Under the pieces are notes generated by a model. It did not search any database. It had not been told where the DNA came from and saw nothing but the letters and a program-made list of their open reading frames with translations. Both the position numbers and the translations under genes were made by a program. A stretch of 63,258 nt of DNA, the filler included. It is 7 parts of 7 records of this genome, joined end to end, with 100 filler letters (N's around TTAATTAATTAA, not from the genome) between each part and the next. Parts side by side here need not be neighbours in the genome. Positions count along the whole stretch, not along the records: positions 57,330 to 63,258 come from SRR2962707_2688; 6 more parts are not named here. One strand, 5' to 3'. This document shows, piece by piece, positions 59,360-63,258 of this stretch. Each line of letters starts with the position of its first letter. Positions within the stretch are counted from its first letter, which is position 1.

Positions 59360-60109
59360 ATGTTTTCTGTTGAGACCTATGCCCCGCTGGATACGCTTAA
59401 ACCCGTTGGCGACAATATCTGGATCGTCGATGGTCCGGTGATCGGGTTTCAGTATCTGGGCATGAAACTTCCGTTTTCGACCCGGATGACGGTCGTGCGG
59501 CTGGCAAACAACAAACTGTTTATTCACTCCCCCATTCGGCTGAGCGATCCGTTAAGGGCAGAAATTGACGCTCTTGGCGATGTCCGTTTTCTGATTGCGC
59601 CAAACACCATTCATTATGCCGGGGTTCCCGATTGGCAAAAGGCATATCCAAATGCCAAGGCATTCTGTGCCCCCGGTGTGGTCAAACGCGCAAAATCCGT
59701 CGGGCTTGACGTGCAATTTGACGGTGAACTTGCCGATACGCCAGAACCCGAATGGCAAGATGACATCAAACAGATTCTTGTCCGTGGTGGATATCTCAAC
59801 GAAGCGGTGTTTTTCCACACTACGTCCGATACCCTGATCCTGACCGATCTGATCGAGAATTTTGAACCCGATAAAATCAAAAGCCCGATATGGCGGTTTT
59901 TCATTCGACTGTTTGGCACCATGGATCCGCATGGTTCAGCGCCACGCGACATGCGGGCGACCTTTATCGGGCATAAAGACAGCCTGCGAAAATGCGTTCA
60001 AACCATGATCGATTGGAACCCGACACGTGTCATTTTGGCCCACGGACGGTGGTATGACACAAATGCGGTTTCTGAACTCAAACGTGCCTTTCGCTGGGTT
60101 CTTAAATAG
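59360..60109 (+). CDS. DUF4336 family (metallo-beta-lactamase-like)
   Basis: RMTVVRL, APNTIHY, LILTDLIEN, LAHG. Confidence 0.8.
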   Translation: MFSVETYAPLDTLKPVGDNIWIVDGPVIGFQYLGMKLPFSTRMTVVRLANNKLFIHSPIRLSDPLRAEIDALGDVRFLIAPNTIHYAGVPDWQKAYPNAKAFCAPGVVKRAKSVGLDVQFDGELADTPEPEWQDDIKQILVRGGYLNEAVFFHTTSDTLILTDLIENFEPDKIKSPIWRFFIRLFGTMDPHGSAPRDMRATFIGHKDSLRKCVQTMIDWNPTRVILAHGRWYDTNAVSELKRAFRWVLK

Positions 60110-60150
60110 CAAAACACCAAAGCCCGACCGGTTACAGGCATTGCCTCGGG

Positions 60151-61074
60151 TCAGGACCTGAGTGAGATTATGCCCGCAACGATAATCATCATGATGCCGG
60201 TGAGTGACAGCGCATCGGGCGTTTCGGCAAAGAACAAAACGCCCCAAATGAATGAAAACCCGACATAGGCAAAATCGAAGGTGCCGATCATTGGCGATGG
60301 CCCGTTTTGATAGGCAATCGCCGCCCCGATGCTGCCAATCAGGATCGAGGCTGCCAGCATTGCCATGATGCCGAAATCCGGGAGCGTCATGGCACTCCAC
60401 GGGGCAAGCAGAAAGCCATCTCGCACCTCATCAGAAAGCATGCTGATCACGGCGGCGGCCACACCACCGACCGCCACAAAGGCACAGTTTAGCGCAAGGG
60501 AAAGTTTGATCGGATGTTCCGCCCGGCATTTGGTCCGGGTCAGGATCATCGCAACGGCATAGAGCATGGCCGACAGTAACGGCAGCAAGGCATAGCCGTT
60601 AAAACTCCCGGCATCCGGCCGCAAGATCAGGATCACCCCGGCGAACCCCAGAATGACAGCAAGCCAGCCCTTTTTGCTGATCGTGCTTTGGGTAATGGCG
60701 GCGGTAAACAGGGTGATAAAGATCGGCAGCGTGTAATAGGTCGCGGCAGCGACAGACAGGGGCAGATGCGGCAGCGAAAAGTAATAGCTGATCCACATCA
60801 CGACCAGCAAAAGACTGCGCAAGATGGTCCAGCCCACCGCATCCCCAAGGCGCAAGGATGCAGGTGACCGGATCATCAGATAGCCGACCAGAAACGGAAT
60901 CGCGATGGCCGAGCGGATGACAAAAATCTGCCCGATCACAAAGGTGCTGCTTGATAGCTTGATCAGCGCATCGCCCAATGACAGGGCGAAAACCGTGAAA
61001 ATGATCGTTCCCACGGCAAGCGGGATACGGTCACGATAATCGGGGACAGGCGAGCTTTTCATGGCATCCAGCAT
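60151..61074 (-). CDS. DMT/EamA transporter
   Basis: 10 TM; ILILRP, FFAETP. Confidence 0.85.
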   Translation of the reverse strand: MLDAMKSSPVPDYRDRIPLAVGTIIFTVFALSLGDALIKLSSSTFVIGQIFVIRSAIAIPFLVGYLMIRSPASLRLGDAVGWTILRSLLLVVMWISYYFSLPHLPLSVAAATYYTLPIFITLFTAAITQSTISKKGWLAVILGFAGVILILRPDAGSFNGYALLPLLSAMLYAVAMILTRTKCRAEHPIKLSLALNCAFVAVGGVAAAVISMLSDEVRDGFLLAPWSAMTLPDFGIMAMLAASILIGSIGAAIAYQNGPSPMIGTFDFAYVGFSFIWGVLFFAETPDALSLTGIMMIIVAGIISLRS

Positions 61075-61146
61075 AAAGCGCGGTTCGCGTAAGGCGATAA
61101 AACCCTATCACCCTTACGACCGAAAAATGAACCCCGCATATCGCCA

Positions 61147-61180
61147 AACAAAAAGGGCGCCCGAACCATCGGACGCCCTT
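61147..61180 (-). terminator. Rho-independent terminator
   Basis: AAGGGCGTCCGA-TGGT-TCGGGCGCCCTT followed by T-rich tail on minus strand. Confidence 0.7.
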
Positions 61181-61205
61181 GATATCATCGTTTTAAACCG
61201 CTGGC

Positions 61206-62060
61206 TTATTCAGTCGGGCCAGCCCAAGGGGCCATGCTGTCGAGCTTGTCCTGACGGCGGGCTTCTGGTGACTTTTTCCAGTCATTGCCAAAGGCGGCAG
61301 ATTCCCATGAGCCGTAGCTTGGGTTTGGCAGCATAAACCAGCGTTCGCCCCAATAGGTCGCGTATTTGTCCATGACCTCAAGACGTTCATCGATGGAACC
61401 GTCGATATCATCGGTGAAGTCACCAAAGTTATCCCCAAACAGCATGATCACGCGGTAATCATCGGCAACTGCCTGACGGCGCGGAGCCTTGGCCGATCCC
61501 CATGTTTCGATTTCACCGCGCAGCATGACGTGCTTTTCATCAGCGAACGGGAAGCCGTATTCCTGCAAGTTCTTGATGGTTGCGGCTTCTTCCGGGGCCT
61601 TACGGTTGGATACGTAAAACACTTCGACACCCTTGGCGGCAGCTGCCTTGGTGAATTCAAGCGCGCCCGGGGTCGGGGTCGAAATCGCATCATTCACAAA
61701 GGCCGCCCAGGTTTTGGAGCTATAACTGGTGTCTTCAGTCACAACCCAGCTCTGATACGCCGAATTATCAAGAACCGTCTCATCAACATCCAAAATCACA
61801 GCCGGTTTTTTGGCCATGAAATTACCGTCCTGCTCAAGGGCGGCGGTCCAGCTGTGATCGCCGATGGCGGCCGGCAGAAGACGGGTCGCCCCCGCATAAA
61901 CAGACATTGCCGTGGTTTTATATTCAACCGATGTCTGAAGCCAAAGCGTGCCGTTCAGGCCATCATTCTGGGCTGGTTCCTGCGCACTTGCGCCAAATGC
62001 GCAAAGCGCACTGGTCGCCATGATGGCGGCAACACCGAAGGATTTTGCAATAGATGTCAT
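61206..62060 (-). CDS. Class C acid phosphatase / 5'-nucleotidase e(P4)-like
   Basis: ILDVDETVLDN, FYVSNR, GDNFGDF, LPNPSYGSWE; signal peptide. Confidence 0.88.
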   Translation of the reverse strand: MTSIAKSFGVAAIMATSALCAFGASAQEPAQNDGLNGTLWLQTSVEYKTTAMSVYAGATRLLPAAIGDHSWTAALEQDGNFMAKKPAVILDVDETVLDNSAYQSWVVTEDTSYSSKTWAAFVNDAISTPTPGALEFTKAAAAKGVEVFYVSNRKAPEEAATIKNLQEYGFPFADEKHVMLRGEIETWGSAKAPRRQAVADDYRVIMLFGDNFGDFTDDIDGSIDERLEVMDKYATYWGERWFMLPNPSYGSWESAAFGNDWKKSPEARRQDKLDSMAPWAGPTE

Positions 62061-62229
62061 TTTAGTCTCCCTGTTGATTTCCCGCCCATTGGAAGCTGAC
62101 CACACAGACAGGATTTAAGCAGCATGCCATTGCAGTGCGGCAAAGAAAAAGCCTTTTTCCAAAATCACTCGGAAAAAGGCTTTTATGACACTTTGATAAA
62201 ACCGCCACGCGGTAGTTTTCATGCGGGTT

Positions 62230-62544
62230 TCATGCGGTTGAACGCTTTTCAAACGATGTGAACCCGTCTTCAAGTGCCGGTTCCTCGTGAATGCGATCAA
62301 CCCGCGCATGGGTAGGGCCTTCGTGGCAGGCGGCAACCATTGACCGCACAGCATCGACCGAGCCGCAAAATACGGCTTCCACCGTGCCATCGTTTCGATT
62401 GCGCACCCAGCCGGTCAGGTCGCGCTTTGTCGCCTGCTCCACCGTCCAGGCACGATACCAAACGCCCTGTACGCGGCCTTCAATCCGGGCATGAACGGCG
62501 ATATTGCCAGAACCGGTTTCAGGATCGGGGCGTGTGTCAGTCAT
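62230..62544 (-). CDS. acyP: Acylphosphatase
   Basis: GRVQGVWYR, GWVRNRNDGTVE. Confidence 0.92.
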   Translation of the reverse strand: MTDTRPDPETGSGNIAVHARIEGRVQGVWYRAWTVEQATKRDLTGWVRNRNDGTVEAVFCGSVDAVRSMVAACHEGPTHARVDRIHEEPALEDGFTSFEKRSTA

Positions 62545-62593
62545 GGGAACGTCGTCTCCCTACTTGCTTATTTGGCGGCGTTATTTGGCGGCC

Positions 62594-62953
62594 TTATTTT
62601 GCACCGGGAATTTTGGCGTGCAGATGGGCGGTATCCTGAAACGTCTGTTTCTGTGCGTCCGATGCCGGGGCCTGATGGCTGTCTTTCCATGCGTCATAGG
62701 TCATGCCATAGACGACTTCGCGCGCACCATCATAATCCATGGAAACACCCTTTTCGCGCGCCGCCGCCAGATACCATTTTGCCAAACAGTTACGGCAAAA
62801 ACCGGCCAAGTTCATCAGATCGATGTTTTGAACATCCTTGCGGTCCTGAAGATGCGTCACAAGTCCGCGAAAGGCGGCCGCTTCGAGTTCGAGCTTGGTC
62901 TGCGGATCAAGGTGGGCCGCCGGACCATTGGCAAGGGAGGCTTCTGTTGACAT
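62594..62953 (-). CDS. DUF1244 family protein
   Basis: DVQNIDLMNLAGFCRNCL..WY. Confidence 0.85.
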   Translation of the reverse strand: MSTEASLANGPAAHLDPQTKLELEAAAFRGLVTHLQDRKDVQNIDLMNLAGFCRNCLAKWYLAAAREKGVSMDYDGAREVVYGMTYDAWKDSHQAPASDAQKQTFQDTAHLHAKIPGAK

Positions 62954-62969
62954 TTCCGAGCCTGCGCAA

Positions 62970-63258
62970 TCAGACATTCTCCATACTCCCGGCTTTGCTG
63001 TGCTGTTCAAGTTTGGCGATCACGTCAGGAACATCGGCAATGGTTTCGACCGTGACGAACTGGTCGTTGTCGATTTCGGTCTGATCAACCATTTCATGCA
63101 CCCATGTGATTTCATAAGGGATGTGGATCGCGGCCCCGCCCGACGCAAGGACCGGCAGGATATCGGATTTCATCGAGTTGCCGATCATGACGGCTTCTTG
63201 CGGCGCGACACCATAGCGGCCAAAGATATTGCGATAGGTCAGCGGATCTTTTTCCGAG
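62970..63258 (-). CDS. HAD hydrolase, 5'-truncated
   Basis: EKDP, MIGNSMKSDILP, HIPYEITW. Confidence 0.8.
   Translation of the reverse strand, partial: SEKDPLTYRNIFGRYGVAPQEAVMIGNSMKSDILPVLASGGAAIHIPYEITWVHEMVDQTEIDNDQFVTVETIADVPDVIAKLEQHSKAGSMENV

Noticed and set aside
1-63258. Many long antisense or alternate-frame ORFs (e.g. 23597-25012, 54133-55647, 49464-50507, 47485-48522)
   Set aside because: Shadows of well-supported genes in GC-rich DNA; no motifs or RBS support

Overview
This window is not one locus. It is seven unrelated fragments joined by artificial 100-bp spacers (N-run + TTAATTAATTAA + N-run). Taxon labels below are inferred from gene content and composition. (1) 1-9900, Thalassospira-like alphaproteobacterium: bacterioferritin/FtnA-type end, CueR-regulated copA-cueR-cytochrome c, PAS histidine kinase, dadA, nnr, malonyl-CoA decarboxylase, tRNA-Leu start. 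(2) 10001-18525, AT-rich Pseudoalteromonas-like: lipoproteins, GNATs, signal peptidase I, PilZ protein, quinone oxidoreductase, aceK. (3) 18626-27082, GC-rich gammaproteobacterium: SoxR with a divergent ABC-2 transporter, a pair of unknown 3-TM paralogues, an atypical HAD and a TRAP transporter. (4) 27183-37889, gammaproteobacterium: about 20 small co-oriented unrelated genes and gene stubs separated by degenerate attC-like sites. This looks like an eroded integron cassette array, with no integrase in view. (5) 37990-45467, Roseobacter-like: tpa-tauR, split MnmC halves, DMT, slt, dapA start. (6) 45568-57229, Roseobacter-like pyrH-frr-uppS-cdsA-dxr-rseP-bamA-skp-fabZ-lpxA-lpxI-lpxB cluster with an unlisted 41-aa membrane ORF. 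(7) 57330-63258, Thalassospira-like housekeeping genes. The most notable items are the decayed cassette array, the uncharacterised paralogous membrane pair next to soxR, the small ORF upstream of bamA and a 13-aa Trp-repeat lipoprotein.
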